Shown: piece by piece, positions 46,883-55,909 of the stretch | Position numbering within the stretch: the first letter of the stretch is position 1 | Layout of the letters: each line of letters starts with the position of its first letter | Source of the DNA: Bordetella parapertussis | Lineage (GTDB): Bacteria; Pseudomonadota; Gammaproteobacteria; Burkholderiales; SG8-41 | Direction of reading: 5' to 3' | Length of the DNA stretch: 64,000 nt | Assembly: GCA_945861275.1 (NCBI GenBank) | Contig: CAMATZ010000002.1 | Location: forward strand, 10,300 to 74,299 | Made by a program: the position numbers and the translations under genes | Notes under the pieces: generated by a model | What the model saw: only the letters and a program-made list of their open reading frames with translations | What the model was told of the DNA's origin: nothing | Database searches by the model: none

Positions 46883-49800
46883 GCCAGCGCGTCCGCCAGC
46901 ACGCGTGCCACATGCACCGCCTCGCGTTGCGCGCCGTCGTGTATCTGGTGGCGGCAACTTGTGCCATCGGCGACGATCAAGGTATCTTTGCCGGCCTCGC
47001 GAACTTTCGGCAGCAATGCGGCTTCGGCCATTTGCATCGATACCTCGTAATGCTCAGCGTCGTAGCCGAAACTGCCGGCCATGCCGCAGCAACTGGATTC
47101 GATCAATTCGGTTTGCAGCTCGGGTATCAGATTCAGCACGCGCAGCACCGCGGGCATCGCGGCGAACGCTTTTTGATGGCAGTGGCCGTGCAGCAGCGCT
47201 TTTTTCTGCGGCAACGCTTTTAAATTCAGCTTGAAGCGCCCGGCGTCGAGCTCGCGCGCGATGAACTCCTCGAACAGGTAGGCGTTCAACGCCAGTTCCG
47301 CCGACTGGGGATTCGGCAGCATCGACAGGAATTCGTCACGCATGCCGAGCAAACACGAGGGTTCCAATCCGACGATGGCAATGCCGCGTTCGATGTAGGG
47401 CAGCAGCGCGGCTATGGTGCGCTCGGCTTCCGCGCGCGCTTTGTCAACCATGCCGGTGGCAAGGTACGTGCGGCCGCAGCACAGCGGGCGCGATTCGCCT
47501 GGTGCGCGCGGCAGGTGTACGGTGTAGCCGGCGGCTTGCAGCACTTTTAATGCTGCTTGCGCATTCTCGGGTTCGAAGTAGTTGTTGAAGGTATCGATGA
47601 AGAGGACGACTTCGCGCTTTACAGTACTTTCCCCAGTAGCATCGCTGGCGTTACCACTCAAAGAAACCCCCTCGCCCGCCTTGGGGCGGGACAAGGGAAC
47701 ACTTGAAGCGGAGCAGAGGGTGGGGGAGAGGGTAGGGGAAGCAAGCCCCTCACCCCCACCCTCTCCCCGCAAGCGGGGCGAGGGGGTTTCTTTGGATGCT
47801 GCCATAGAGGAGAGAACGCCAATTGCGTCACCTTTCCACTTCGGCAACGACCGCTGCGCGGCAAATCCCACAAAGCCCTTCGCCACCGCCTGCGCCATAT
47901 TCACCAGCGGCCCCAGTTTCGATAGCCACGGCGCGTAATGCGGCAGGCCGGCAATCAGCTTGTCCTTCAAGCTATATCCATGCCGCCGTTTGTAATGATA
48001 AAGAAATTCGATCTTCATCTTCGCCATGTCCACGCCGGTGGGACATTCGCGCTTGCAGCCTTTGCAGGACACGCACAGATCCATCGCCTTGTGCATTTCG
48101 TCCGAGGTAAACGCGTCGGGGCCTAACTGCCCGGACAGCGCCAGCCGCAGCGTGTTGGCGCGGCCGCGCGTGAGATGCTGTTCGTCGCGTGTGACGCGAA
48201 ACGACGGGCACATGGTGCCGGCGTCGAACTTGCGGCAGTGGCCGTTGTTGTTGCACATCTCGACGGCTTTATCCAGACCGCCCCACTCTTTCCAGTCGAG
48301 CGCGGTGCTGATCGGGATGGTCTTGTAACCGGGCTTGAAGCGGAACAGCGAGCGGTCGTCCTGCTTCGACGGGCGCACGATCTTGCCGGGATTGAGCAGA
48401 CCTTTGGGATCGAAAATATCCTTGATTTCGCCAAACGCCTGGGTGAGATTGGGCCCGAAGAAGGGTGCTATCCACTCGCTGCGCACCAGGCCGTCGCCGT
48501 GTTCGCCCGAGTACGAGCCTTTGTATTGCTTGACCATTTCCGCGGCTTCTTCGGCGATGGCGCGCATTTTTATTGCACCGTCTTCACGCATATTGAGTAT
48601 GGGACGCACATGCAGCGTGCCTACCGATGCATGCGCGTACCAGGTGCCGGTGGTGCCGTGTTTCTCGAATACGCGCGTCAAGCGCTCGGTATACTCGGCG
48701 AGATGTTCCAGCGGCACCGCGCAGTCTTCGATGAACGACACCGGTTTGCCGTCGCCCTTCATCGACATCATGATGTTCAGCCCCGCCTTGCGCACCTCCC
48801 ACACGTCGCGCTGCAGCGCGGCGTCGGTGATCTCGATCACGCCGCCGGGGAATCCCAGGTCGCCCATCAGTTCGACCAATTGTTTTAACTTGTGGTGTTG
48901 CTCGTCCTTGTCGTCACCCGCGAATTCCACCAGCAAAATCGCGTCCGGGTCGCCCTGAATAAATTTCTCGACGATGGGCCGGAACGTGGCATTCGCACGC
49001 GCCAGCCCGATCATGGTGCGATCCACCAGCTCGACTGCGGTGGGCTTGAGCTTGACGATATGCAACGGCGCTTGCATCGATTTAAAAAACGTCGGGAAGT
49101 GACACACGCCGAGTGTCTTGTGCTTGGGCAGCGTTGACAGGTTGAGATGTATGCGTTTCGAGTACGCCAGCGTGCCTTCCGAGCCCACCAGCAGATGCGC
49201 CATGTTAAATGCGTAGCCCGACACCATGTCAAGGTTGTAACCGCCGACGCGCCGCAGCAGCTTCGGATAGCGGTGCTCAATTTCCTCGGCGTTGACTACC
49301 GCAATATCGCGGATTTTCCTCACCAGATCGCGGTAGCCCTGTGGCCCATCGAGTTGCGACAGATCCGAAGGCACACCGCCGAAGTGATATTCATTGCCGT
49401 CGGCGAGTACCGCATCCACACCGCGCACGTTGTGCACCATGTTGCCGTAGAAAATCGAGCGCGAGCCGCAGGAGTTGTTGCCGGTCATGCCGCCGATGGT
49501 TGCCTGCGCGCTGGTCGATACGTCCACCGGATACCACAGGCCGTGCGGTTTCAAAAATGCGTTGAGTTGGTCGAGCACCACGCCCGGTTGCACCACGGCC
49601 GTGCGCGCCTCAGCATTGAAATCGACGACGTTGCGCAAATACTTGCTGACATCAATGATCAGCGCCGCGCCCACCGTCTGCCCGCACTGCGAAGTACCGC
49701 CGCCACGTGGCAATACCGCCACGCCGGCGTCGAGCGCGATCTGCATGGCGACAATGGCGTCTTCCTCGGTCTGCGGAATGACCACACCGACCGGTTCGAT

Positions 49801-49905
49801 CTGGTAGATCGAAGCATCGGTGGAATAGCGCCCGCGTGTTGCGGCGTCAAACAGCACGTCGCCGCGGATTTCTTGCTTGAGGCGGGTGGCGAGGGTCGAA
49901 GGCAT
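46879..49905 (-). CDS. FAD-binding and Fe-S/CCG-domain fusion oxidoreductase (YdiJ-like; GlcD-type plus GlcF-type modules)
   Basis: An N-terminal FAD-linked oxidase domain is followed by a 4Fe-4S dicluster region (CNNNGHCRKFDAGTMCP, CVSCKGCKRECP). Two CCG domains follow (VVLFIDTFNNYFEP, CCGMAGSFG). Start set at ATG 49905 (MPSTLATRLKQEIRG); the 20-codon extension to 49965 is encoded by repeat DNA. Confidence 0.85.
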   Translation of the reverse strand: MPSTLATRLKQEIRGDVLFDAATRGRYSTDASIYQIEPVGVVIPQTEEDAIVAMQIALDAGVAVLPRGGGTSQCGQTVGAALIIDVSKYLRNVVDFNAEARTAVVQPGVVLDQLNAFLKPHGLWYPVDVSTSAQATIGGMTGNNSCGSRSIFYGNMVHNVRGVDAVLADGNEYHFGGVPSDLSQLDGPQGYRDLVRKIRDIAVVNAEEIEHRYPKLLRRVGGYNLDMVSGYAFNMAHLLVGSEGTLAYSKRIHLNLSTLPKHKTLGVCHFPTFFKSMQAPLHIVKLKPTAVELVDRTMIGLARANATFRPIVEKFIQGDPDAILLVEFAGDDKDEQHHKLKQLVELMGDLGFPGGVIEITDAALQRDVWEVRKAGLNIMMSMKGDGKPVSFIEDCAVPLEHLAEYTERLTRVFEKHGTTGTWYAHASVGTLHVRPILNMREDGAIKMRAIAEEAAEMVKQYKGSYSGEHGDGLVRSEWIAPFFGPNLTQAFGEIKDIFDPKGLLNPGKIVRPSKQDDRSLFRFKPGYKTIPISTALDWKEWGGLDKAVEMCNNNGHCRKFDAGTMCPSFRVTRDEQHLTRGRANTLRLALSGQLGPDAFTSDEMHKAMDLCVSCKGCKRECPTGVDMAKMKIEFLYHYKRRHGYSLKDKLIAGLPHYAPWLSKLGPLVNMAQAVAKGFVGFAAQRSLPKWKGDAIGVLSSMAASKETPSPRLRGEGGGEGLASPTLSPTLCSASSVPLSRPKAGEGVSLSGNASDATGESTVKREVVLFIDTFNNYFEPENAQAALKVLQAAGYTVHLPRAPGESRPLCCGRTYLATGMVDKARAEAERTIAALLPYIERGIAIVGLEPSCLLGMRDEFLSMLPNPQSAELALNAYLFEEFIARELDAGRFKLNLKALPQKKALLHGHCHQKAFAAMPAVLRVLNLIPELQTELIESSCCGMAGSFGYDAEHYEVSMQMAEAALLPKVREAGKDTLIVADGTSCRHQIHDGAQREAVHVARVLADALA
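47658..47794. repeat. MITE/REP-like element inserted in-frame within the YdiJ-like CDS
   Basis: Terminal inverted repeats TCAAAGAAACCCCCTCGCCC (47658-47677) and GGGCGAGGGGGTTTCTTTG (47776-47794). The interior carries the same GGGTGGGGG / CCCTCTCCCCGCAAGCGGGGCGAGGG hairpin core as 39.3 kb and 63.8 kb. On the minus strand it translates as ..SPRLRGEGGGEGLASPTLSPT..PKAGEGVSL.. Confidence 0.85.
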
Positions 49906-49908
49906 AAA

Positions 49909-50004
49909 GGCGTGAACGAGTGAACGGGTTAACGAGTGAACGTGTGGGCGCCGTGGCAGGGGCACTTACTCGTTCACCCCTTCACCCGTTCACCCGTTCA
50001 CGCC
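49909..50004. repeat. imperfect 34-bp inverted repeat built from tandem GTGAACG(R) octamers, in a divergent promoter region
   Basis: Left arm 49909-49942 is GGCGTGAACGAGTGAACGGGTTAACGAGTGAACG. The right arm 49971-50004 is its reverse complement with 4 mismatches. The spacer is 28 bp. TATAAT at 50007-50012 follows immediately, 27 nt before ATG 50039. Confidence 0.8.
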
Positions 50005-50038
50005 CTTATAATACCGCACCATTTTCCGGAGCACCGCC

Positions 50039-51223
50039 ATGACTTACCAAGCCGGCCGCCATTTTCTGCAGATTCCCGGCCCCACCAATGTGCCCGACCG
50101 CGTGTTACGCGCCATAGACCGGCCGACTATCGACCATCGCGGGCCGGAGTTTCAGCAATTGGGTTACGACGTGCTGGCGGGCATGCAACGTATTTTAAAG
50201 ACCAAGGGCGCGGTGGTGATTTACCCGGCGTCTGGCACCGGCGCGTGGGAAGCGGCTTTGGTCAATACGCTGTCGCCCGGCGACAAAGTTTTAATGTACG
50301 AAACCGGCCAGTTCGCGTCGTTGTGGCAAAAGCTGGCGCTGCGCATGAACCTGGTTCCGGAATTTATCGCCGGCGACTGGCGTCACGGCGCGGATGCCAC
50401 AGCCATAGAAGCGCGGCTGATTGAGGACAAGTCGCACACCATCAAAGCGGTGTGCGTGGTGCATAACGAAACCTCGACCGCAGTCACCTCGCGCATCGCG
50501 GAAGTGCGCAAAGCCATCGACCGCGCGAAGCATCCTGCGTTGCTGATGGTGGATACCATTTCGGGCCTCGGTTCCATCGATTATCGTCACGATGAGTGGG
50601 ACGTGGATGTCACCGTCGCCGGTTCGCAGAAGGGGTTGATGCTGCCGCCGGGATTGTCGTTCAACGCGGTCAGCGAAAAGGCGCTCGCCGCTTCCAAGAC
50701 CGCGAAGCTGCCGCGATCCTACTGGTCGTGGGATGAAATGCTCGGTCCCAACAAAACCGGATTTTTCCCGTACACCCCCGCTACCAATCTGCTCTATGGG
50801 CTGCGCGAGGCGGTGGCGATGCTGGAGGAAGAGGGCCTCGACAATGTGTTCAAACGCCACGACCGCCACGCCGAAGCCACGCGCCGTGCGGTGCATACCT
50901 GGGGCCTCGAAATCCTGTGCAAAAACGAAACCGAATATTCCAGCGCGCTCACCGCGGTGCTGATGCCCACGGGTTACAGCGAGGTCGCGTTCCGCAAAGT
51001 GGTGCTCGATAACTTTAATATGTCGCTCGGCAGCGGACTGGGCAAGATCGCCGACAAGGTGTTTCGCATCGGACACCTCGGCGACTTCAACGATCTCACC
51101 TTGATGGGCACGCTGGCCGGTGTGGAAATGGGGCTGGCGCTGGCCAAGGTGCCGCATCAGCCGGGCGGGGTTGCGGCAGCGATGGAATGCCTGAAAGAAA
51201 GTTGTTTAAAAACAAATAGTTAA
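50039..51223 (+). CDS. class V aminotransferase (serine-glyoxylate / alanine-glyoxylate aminotransferase-like)
   Basis: 394 aa. HFLQIPGPTNVPDRVLRAIDRPTIDHRGPEF N-terminus and VAGSQKGLMLPPG (PLP-Lys region) are typical of SgaA/AGXT-type enzymes. Confidence 0.85.
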   Translation: MTYQAGRHFLQIPGPTNVPDRVLRAIDRPTIDHRGPEFQQLGYDVLAGMQRILKTKGAVVIYPASGTGAWEAALVNTLSPGDKVLMYETGQFASLWQKLALRMNLVPEFIAGDWRHGADATAIEARLIEDKSHTIKAVCVVHNETSTAVTSRIAEVRKAIDRAKHPALLMVDTISGLGSIDYRHDEWDVDVTVAGSQKGLMLPPGLSFNAVSEKALAASKTAKLPRSYWSWDEMLGPNKTGFFPYTPATNLLYGLREAVAMLEEEGLDNVFKRHDRHAEATRRAVHTWGLEILCKNETEYSSALTAVLMPTGYSEVAFRKVVLDNFNMSLGSGLGKIADKVFRIGHLGDFNDLTLMGTLAGVEMGLALAKVPHQPGGVAAAMECLKESCLKTNS

Positions 51224-51224
51224 C

Positions 51225-52196
51225 ATGAAAATTAAATGCACGCTGCTCGCACTGGCGCTACTCTGTTTCGGCGCAACCGGATGGGCGCAGGGCTGGACCC
51301 CGCAACGCAACGTGGAAATCGTCGTCGGCTTCGCGCCAGGCGGCGGTGTCGACCGCACGGCGCGTACGCTGGAACGGATCCTGACGACCAACAAGCTGGT
51401 GAGCACGAGCATTGCAGTGGTCAACAAGCCCGGCGGCAACACCAACATCGCCTACACCTATGTCAGCCAGCGCCCTGGAGATGCGCACACCCTGATGGTG
51501 TTCGGGCAGACCATCATGACCAATCACATCACCGGCGCCATTCCGCTCAACTACACTGATTTCACCCCTATCGCATCGCTTTTCAGCGAGTACCATGTCT
51601 ACGTGGTTAGCGCAAACACGCCGGTCAGAACCGGCAAGGACCTGGTGCAGCGCCTTAAAACCGATGTCAGGTCGGTGACTACCGGGGTCTCCGCGATCGG
51701 CAGCCCCGGCCACATCTCAGCCGGGCTGCTCAATAAAGCGATCGGCGGCAACGCGAAGGACCTCCGCATAATTGCCTTCAAGGGGTCGTCCGAAGCATTG
51801 ACCAACGTGCTCGGCGGACATGTCGAACTCACGCCCGCCCCAGCCAGCATTGCCGCCCCACATGTCACCTCCGCGCATATCCGCATGGTAGCCGTTGCGG
51901 CCCCCAAGCGGCTCGGCGGTGCATTTGCCGCGATTCCGACATGGAAGGAACAAGGTGTCGATCTCGTGTATGGCCCCTGGCGCGGGATCCTGGCGCCGAA
52001 GGGCTTGACCGCCGCTCAGATCGCCTACTGGGAAAACACGCTGCGCAGAGTCACCGAATCCGCGGAATGGAAAAGCGACCTCGAGAAAATTCACGGGGTC
52101 GACGACTTCCTGACCGGATTGCCGTTTCGCAAAGACCTCGAAAAGGATTACGCCGACACCAAAGCGGTGCTGGTTGATCTGGGCATGGCCAAGTAG
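51225..52196 (+). CDS. Bug family TTT substrate-binding protein (TctC-like)
   Basis: 323 aa. Signal peptide MKIKCTLLALALLCFGATGWAQ, then RNVEIVVGFAPGGGVD. Starts 1 nt after the aminotransferase stop. Confidence 0.82.
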   Translation: MKIKCTLLALALLCFGATGWAQGWTPQRNVEIVVGFAPGGGVDRTARTLERILTTNKLVSTSIAVVNKPGGNTNIAYTYVSQRPGDAHTLMVFGQTIMTNHITGAIPLNYTDFTPIASLFSEYHVYVVSANTPVRTGKDLVQRLKTDVRSVTTGVSAIGSPGHISAGLLNKAIGGNAKDLRIIAFKGSSEALTNVLGGHVELTPAPASIAAPHVTSAHIRMVAVAAPKRLGGAFAAIPTWKEQGVDLVYGPWRGILAPKGLTAAQIAYWENTLRRVTESAEWKSDLEKIHGVDDFLTGLPFRKDLEKDYADTKAVLVDLGMAK

Positions 52197-52202
52197 TGGC
52201 CG

Positions 52203-52640
52203 TCAGCGGATATTCGCCTGAGCCGTAGTCCCCAGCGGCACCGCATCGGGCACATGTTCCTTCTCAAAATTAAATTCGAGTTTGGTGCCGACCGGGTCGT
52301 ATAAAAACACCTGGTAGCCCGCGTCCTTGATGTTTTGCTCCTCGAACTCGATATCGAGCTTTTTCAAACGCTTGCGGAAATCCACCGCCCCGCTCGCCTT
52401 CCACGCGATGTGATCGAGGCTACCGGAGTGATAGTCCTTCACCTGCGCGCCCTTTTTGAAGCGCGCACCGACGTGCAGGATGGGATCGTCGCCGTTATAA
52501 AGCCAAACGCCGGGGGCATTGAAATTGGGACGCGGCCCGGCCTTGAGGTCCAGCACGTCGCCGTAGAATTTTTCGATGGCCGGAAGGTCGTCCTCCGAGC
52601 AGCGGATGTTGAAATGCAAAAAACCCTGGAAGAATTTCAT
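52203..52640 (-). CDS. VOC (glyoxalase/bleomycin-resistance/dioxygenase) family protein
   Basis: 145 aa. LHFNIRCS...FYGDVLDL...LDHIAW...FLYDPVGTKLEF is the VOC beta-alpha-beta-beta-beta pattern with metal-ligand His/Glu positions. Confidence 0.7.
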   Translation of the reverse strand: MKFFQGFLHFNIRCSEDDLPAIEKFYGDVLDLKAGPRPNFNAPGVWLYNGDDPILHVGARFKKGAQVKDYHSGSLDHIAWKASGAVDFRKRLKKLDIEFEEQNIKDAGYQVFLYDPVGTKLEFNFEKEHVPDAVPLGTTAQANIR

Positions 52641-52713
52641 GATGTCTCCTTGAATAGAATCGATGGCGATATCTTACCCGCCATCGTGAAAACGGTCTAA
52701 TGCCATTGCGTAG

Positions 52714-53679
52714 TCACTGCTGCGGCACACCCGCATCACGCGCGGCGGCAGCCCACGAAGCTAGCTGTTCTTTAATGAATGCAGGGAGTTCTTTGCGCGT
52801 AGGGCCTCCCGTTTCAAGGCCGATCTTTTGGAACTGCTCCTGGATCTCCGGGCGCTTTAGAACCACGTTGACCTCACGCTCAAGACGTTCAATTCTGGCC
52901 GCGGGCGTCTTTGCCGGCGCGAGCAGGGCGAACCATCCATAAATCGAGAAATTCGGAATGCCCGCCTCGACAATGGTCGGCACCTCGGGCGCCGGCCGCG
53001 TACGGGTGCGGGTAAGCGCGGCAAGTGCGCGCAATCTGCCGTCTTTTACATGCGGCAGCAGCAGGTTGGTGCCGCCGGTAAGGATATGCACACGCCCGGA
53101 CAGCAGGTCCGGCACCGCCGCTGCGTCACCCTTATACGGGACGTTCAGGAAGTCCACTTTCGCAGCCGCTTTTATTTGCGCCATAGTGAAAATCGTCGGT
53201 GGATTGGCGGCGGCGACGATAAGCTTGCCGGGATTCGCGCGCGCGTAAGTAATCAGTTCAGCCAGCGTTTTTGCCGGCACGCCGGGATGCACCACCAACA
53301 GCAAGCTGCTCCATCCGACAAACACCACCGGCACGAAATCAGCAATCGAATCATACGGCGGATTTTTGCGCATAGCCGGCACGCCGGCAATATTGGAGCC
53401 GCTGCCCATCAGCAGGGTATGGCCGTCAGGCGTGGCTTTCGCTACCAACTCCGCGCCAATCGCACCGTCCGCGCCGGGCCGGTTATCGATCAGCACGGTC
53501 TGACCCAGTGCCGGCGACAGCGCCTGCGCGATAATCCGGCCCGCGGCATCGGTGGGACCGCCGGCGGGAAATCCAAGGACGAAACGCACGGGCCGGGTCG
53601 GATACGGCTCCGCCGCTTGTGTAACTGCACCAAACGCAAGGATTGCTGTTGTCACAACGGCGCGAACGATGTTTGTCAT
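52714..53679 (-). CDS. Bug family TTT substrate-binding protein (TctC-like)
   Basis: From ATG 53679: signal peptide MTNIVRAVVTTAILAFGAVTQAA, then EPYPTRPVRFVLGFPAGGPTD. Confidence 0.85.
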   Translation of the reverse strand: MTNIVRAVVTTAILAFGAVTQAAEPYPTRPVRFVLGFPAGGPTDAAGRIIAQALSPALGQTVLIDNRPGADGAIGAELVAKATPDGHTLLMGSGSNIAGVPAMRKNPPYDSIADFVPVVFVGWSSLLLVVHPGVPAKTLAELITYARANPGKLIVAAANPPTIFTMAQIKAAAKVDFLNVPYKGDAAAVPDLLSGRVHILTGGTNLLLPHVKDGRLRALAALTRTRTRPAPEVPTIVEAGIPNFSIYGWFALLAPAKTPAARIERLEREVNVVLKRPEIQEQFQKIGLETGGPTRKELPAFIKEQLASWAAAARDAGVPQQ

Positions 53680-53825
53680 TTTTCGTCCCAAAATCCTTTA
53701 ATCTGATTTTTTGCGGAAATCCATTTAAGCATATTTTGTTCGTCAACGCAGTGCCACACCTGGGTTTGCCGCGGTACTTTGCGCTATTATCAGGCAATCC
53801 AAACGGCACTTACACAGGAGGAGAA

Positions 53826-54653
53826 ATGGGACTCAAGGATCGCATCGGCGTCGACATCAGCCGCCGCCTGAAACTGGAAACCGCCATCGACTGGGCGGCG
53901 AACAACGGCTTGAAACACATCGACATCCAGCTCGACACGGGGGATAACGCACTACCCAAGTTCGACACCAAGCGTTGTGCCGGCGTGCGCAAGTTACTGG
54001 ATAAACACAATCTTAAGCTCGGCCTGCACAGCAGTTCGGCGGTGAACGTCGCCGAGTATTCGCCACTGGTGTCCGATGCAGTGACCGAATACCTGAAACG
54101 CTACATCGATCTGGTGGTCAAGCTCGGCGCCAGCTGGACCGAGATGCACGCGGGTTATCACTTCACCAAGGACAAACAAATGCGCATGGCGGCGGGCAAA
54201 GAGCGCCTCCAGCGCATCGTCGCCTATGCCGAGAAGAAAAAGGCACTGGTGCTGCTGGAAAATCTCAACAAGGAGCCGGATGACGCGGAAGTGCATTACC
54301 TCGCGCACACCGTCGAAGAGTGGCAGTACTATTGGGACATCAAGTCGCCCAGCTTCAAGCTGAGCTTCACCGCCAACCACGCGCACCTGGTGCCCGACGG
54401 GATCGAGGGTTTCGTCAAAGCGCTGAATTTCAAGCGCGTGCACGAAGTGCGGCTCGCGGATTGCTTTCGTAACGGCTTTGAGGTGCATCTGCCGCCGGGC
54501 AAGGGCAATATCGATTTCGGACTCATGTTCAAGCTGATCGAGGGCGCGGGCTACAAGGGCGGCTACACCAACGCCTTCGGCACGCTGGATGACATGCTGG
54601 CGGCGCGCGACACCCTGGTGAATCACGCGCGGGCAGCCGGGGTGAAGGTGTAG
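53826..54653 (+). CDS. sugar phosphate isomerase/epimerase (xylose isomerase-like TIM barrel) family protein
   Basis: From ATG 53826 (RBS GGAGGAG upstream): about 275 aa with HID...LGLHSS...LLENLN...ANHAHL, a pattern of metal ligands typical of AP_endonuc_2/TIM-barrel proteins. Confidence 0.7.
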   Translation: MGLKDRIGVDISRRLKLETAIDWAANNGLKHIDIQLDTGDNALPKFDTKRCAGVRKLLDKHNLKLGLHSSSAVNVAEYSPLVSDAVTEYLKRYIDLVVKLGASWTEMHAGYHFTKDKQMRMAAGKERLQRIVAYAEKKKALVLLENLNKEPDDAEVHYLAHTVEEWQYYWDIKSPSFKLSFTANHAHLVPDGIEGFVKALNFKRVHEVRLADCFRNGFEVHLPPGKGNIDFGLMFKLIEGAGYKGGYTNAFGTLDDMLAARDTLVNHARAAGVKV

Positions 54654-54696
54654 TTACGAGAGCAACCCGTGGTTTATCAACCGCAATACAACGCCT

Positions 54697-54775
54697 GTCA
54701 TTCCCGCGAAGGCGGGAATCCATACGACGCGGCATATGGCACAGTGTTATAGATTCCCGCCTTCGCGGGAATGAC
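54697..54775. repeat. inverted pair of REP hairpins (GTCATTCCCGCGAAGGCGGGAATC)
   Basis: 54697-54720 GTCATTCCCGCGAAGGCGGGAATC and 54752-54775 GATTCCCGCCTTCGCGGGAATGAC are exact reverse complements. Each unit is itself a hairpin (TTCCCGC-GAA-GGCGGGAA). Confidence 0.9.
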
Positions 54776-54876
54776 ACGTGAAAAGGTAACCTGAGCTTAT
54801 CTGTGTCAGTCCCTGTTCATCCGTGGTTAAAAATATTTTTTCTCGCCGCCTGCGCGATGCAAACACACGAGCAGAA

Positions 54877-55908
54877 ATGAATAGAACGTTGACAGTATCG
54901 TTGCTCAGTCTGCTGCTGACAGCCACGAGCGCGCACGCGCAAACGAAATCACCGGTGGCAGCGGCCAAAGACAAGGGGGCGCCGCCGCCAACCGAAGCGC
55001 CCAAGCCCGGTGCTTATCCCAACAAACCTATCCGCTTCATGGTGCCGTTCGCGCCCGGCGGCACTACCGACCTGGTCGCACGCATGGCCGGTCAGAAGAT
55101 GTCGGAGTCGCTGGGCCAGCCGCTGGTGATTGACAATCGCGGCGGTGGCGGCGGCACCATCGCCACCGACATCGTAGCCAAGGCCGCGGGCGATGGCTAC
55201 ACGCTGATGATGAATCACCAGGGCATGACTTTTAACGCGACGCTCTATGCCAAACTGCCGTATGACACGCTCAATGATTTCGCCACCATCGCCATGGTCG
55301 GCGTCACCCCCAACGTGCTGGTAGTCAATCCGGGTGTCGCGGCGAAATCGGTGAAGGAGCTAGTGGCGCTGGCCAAGGCCAAATCCAATAGCATCAACTA
55401 TGGCTCCGGCGGCATGGGCAGTTCCGCGCATCTCGCCGTGGAATTGTTCGTGCGGCTTGCCGGCGTGCAACTGCAACATGTGCCTTACAAGGGCGCCGGT
55501 CCAGCACTCACGGATACTATCGGCGGACAGATTCAAATGATGATCGCTACCATGCCGGCGGCGGCGGGTCACATCCGCAGCAACCGGCTGCGCGCACTCG
55601 GTGTGTCGGGCGCAAAAAAATCGCCGGCATTTCCAGAACTGCCGACCATCGCCGAGGCCGGCGTACCGGGGTATGACTACACCACCTGGTACGGCATCCT
55701 CGGCCCAAAGGCGTTGCCGCAAAACATTGTGCAGTATCTGGCAGCGGTCGCCAATAAAACGCTGTCACAAAAAGATTTGCGCGACAAACTTTCACAGCAG
55801 GGCATGGAAGTGGAATTGATGACGCCGGAGAAATTCGCTGAAGTGCTCAAAAGTGATGTCGCGCGCTGGGGTAAGATCATTCGTGATGCCGGCATCAAGG
55901 CGGAGTAG
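54877..55908 (+). CDS. Bug family TTT substrate-binding protein (TctC-like) with Pro/Ala/Lys-rich N-terminal linker
   Basis: From ATG 54877: signal peptide MNRTLTVSLLSLLLTATSAHA, then linker KSPVAAAKDKGAPPPTEAPKPG, then YPNKPIRFMVPFAPGGTTD. Confidence 0.85.
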   Translation: MNRTLTVSLLSLLLTATSAHAQTKSPVAAAKDKGAPPPTEAPKPGAYPNKPIRFMVPFAPGGTTDLVARMAGQKMSESLGQPLVIDNRGGGGGTIATDIVAKAAGDGYTLMMNHQGMTFNATLYAKLPYDTLNDFATIAMVGVTPNVLVVNPGVAAKSVKELVALAKAKSNSINYGSGGMGSSAHLAVELFVRLAGVQLQHVPYKGAGPALTDTIGGQIQMMIATMPAAAGHIRSNRLRALGVSGAKKSPAFPELPTIAEAGVPGYDYTTWYGILGPKALPQNIVQYLAAVANKTLSQKDLRDKLSQQGMEVELMTPEKFAEVLKSDVARWGKIIRDAGIKAE

Positions 55909-55909
55909 C

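Noticed and set aside
49906-49965. 20-codon N-terminal extension (MPLPRRPHVHSLTRSLVHAF) of the YdiJ-like ORF
   Set aside because: It is encoded entirely by the octamer-repeat palindrome. The internal ATG 49905 gives a plausible N-terminus.
50291-51157. 288-aa minus-strand ORF opposite the aminotransferase gene
   Set aside because: It is a shadow ORF with Arg/His/Gly-rich sequence and no motif. The plus-strand gene is well supported.
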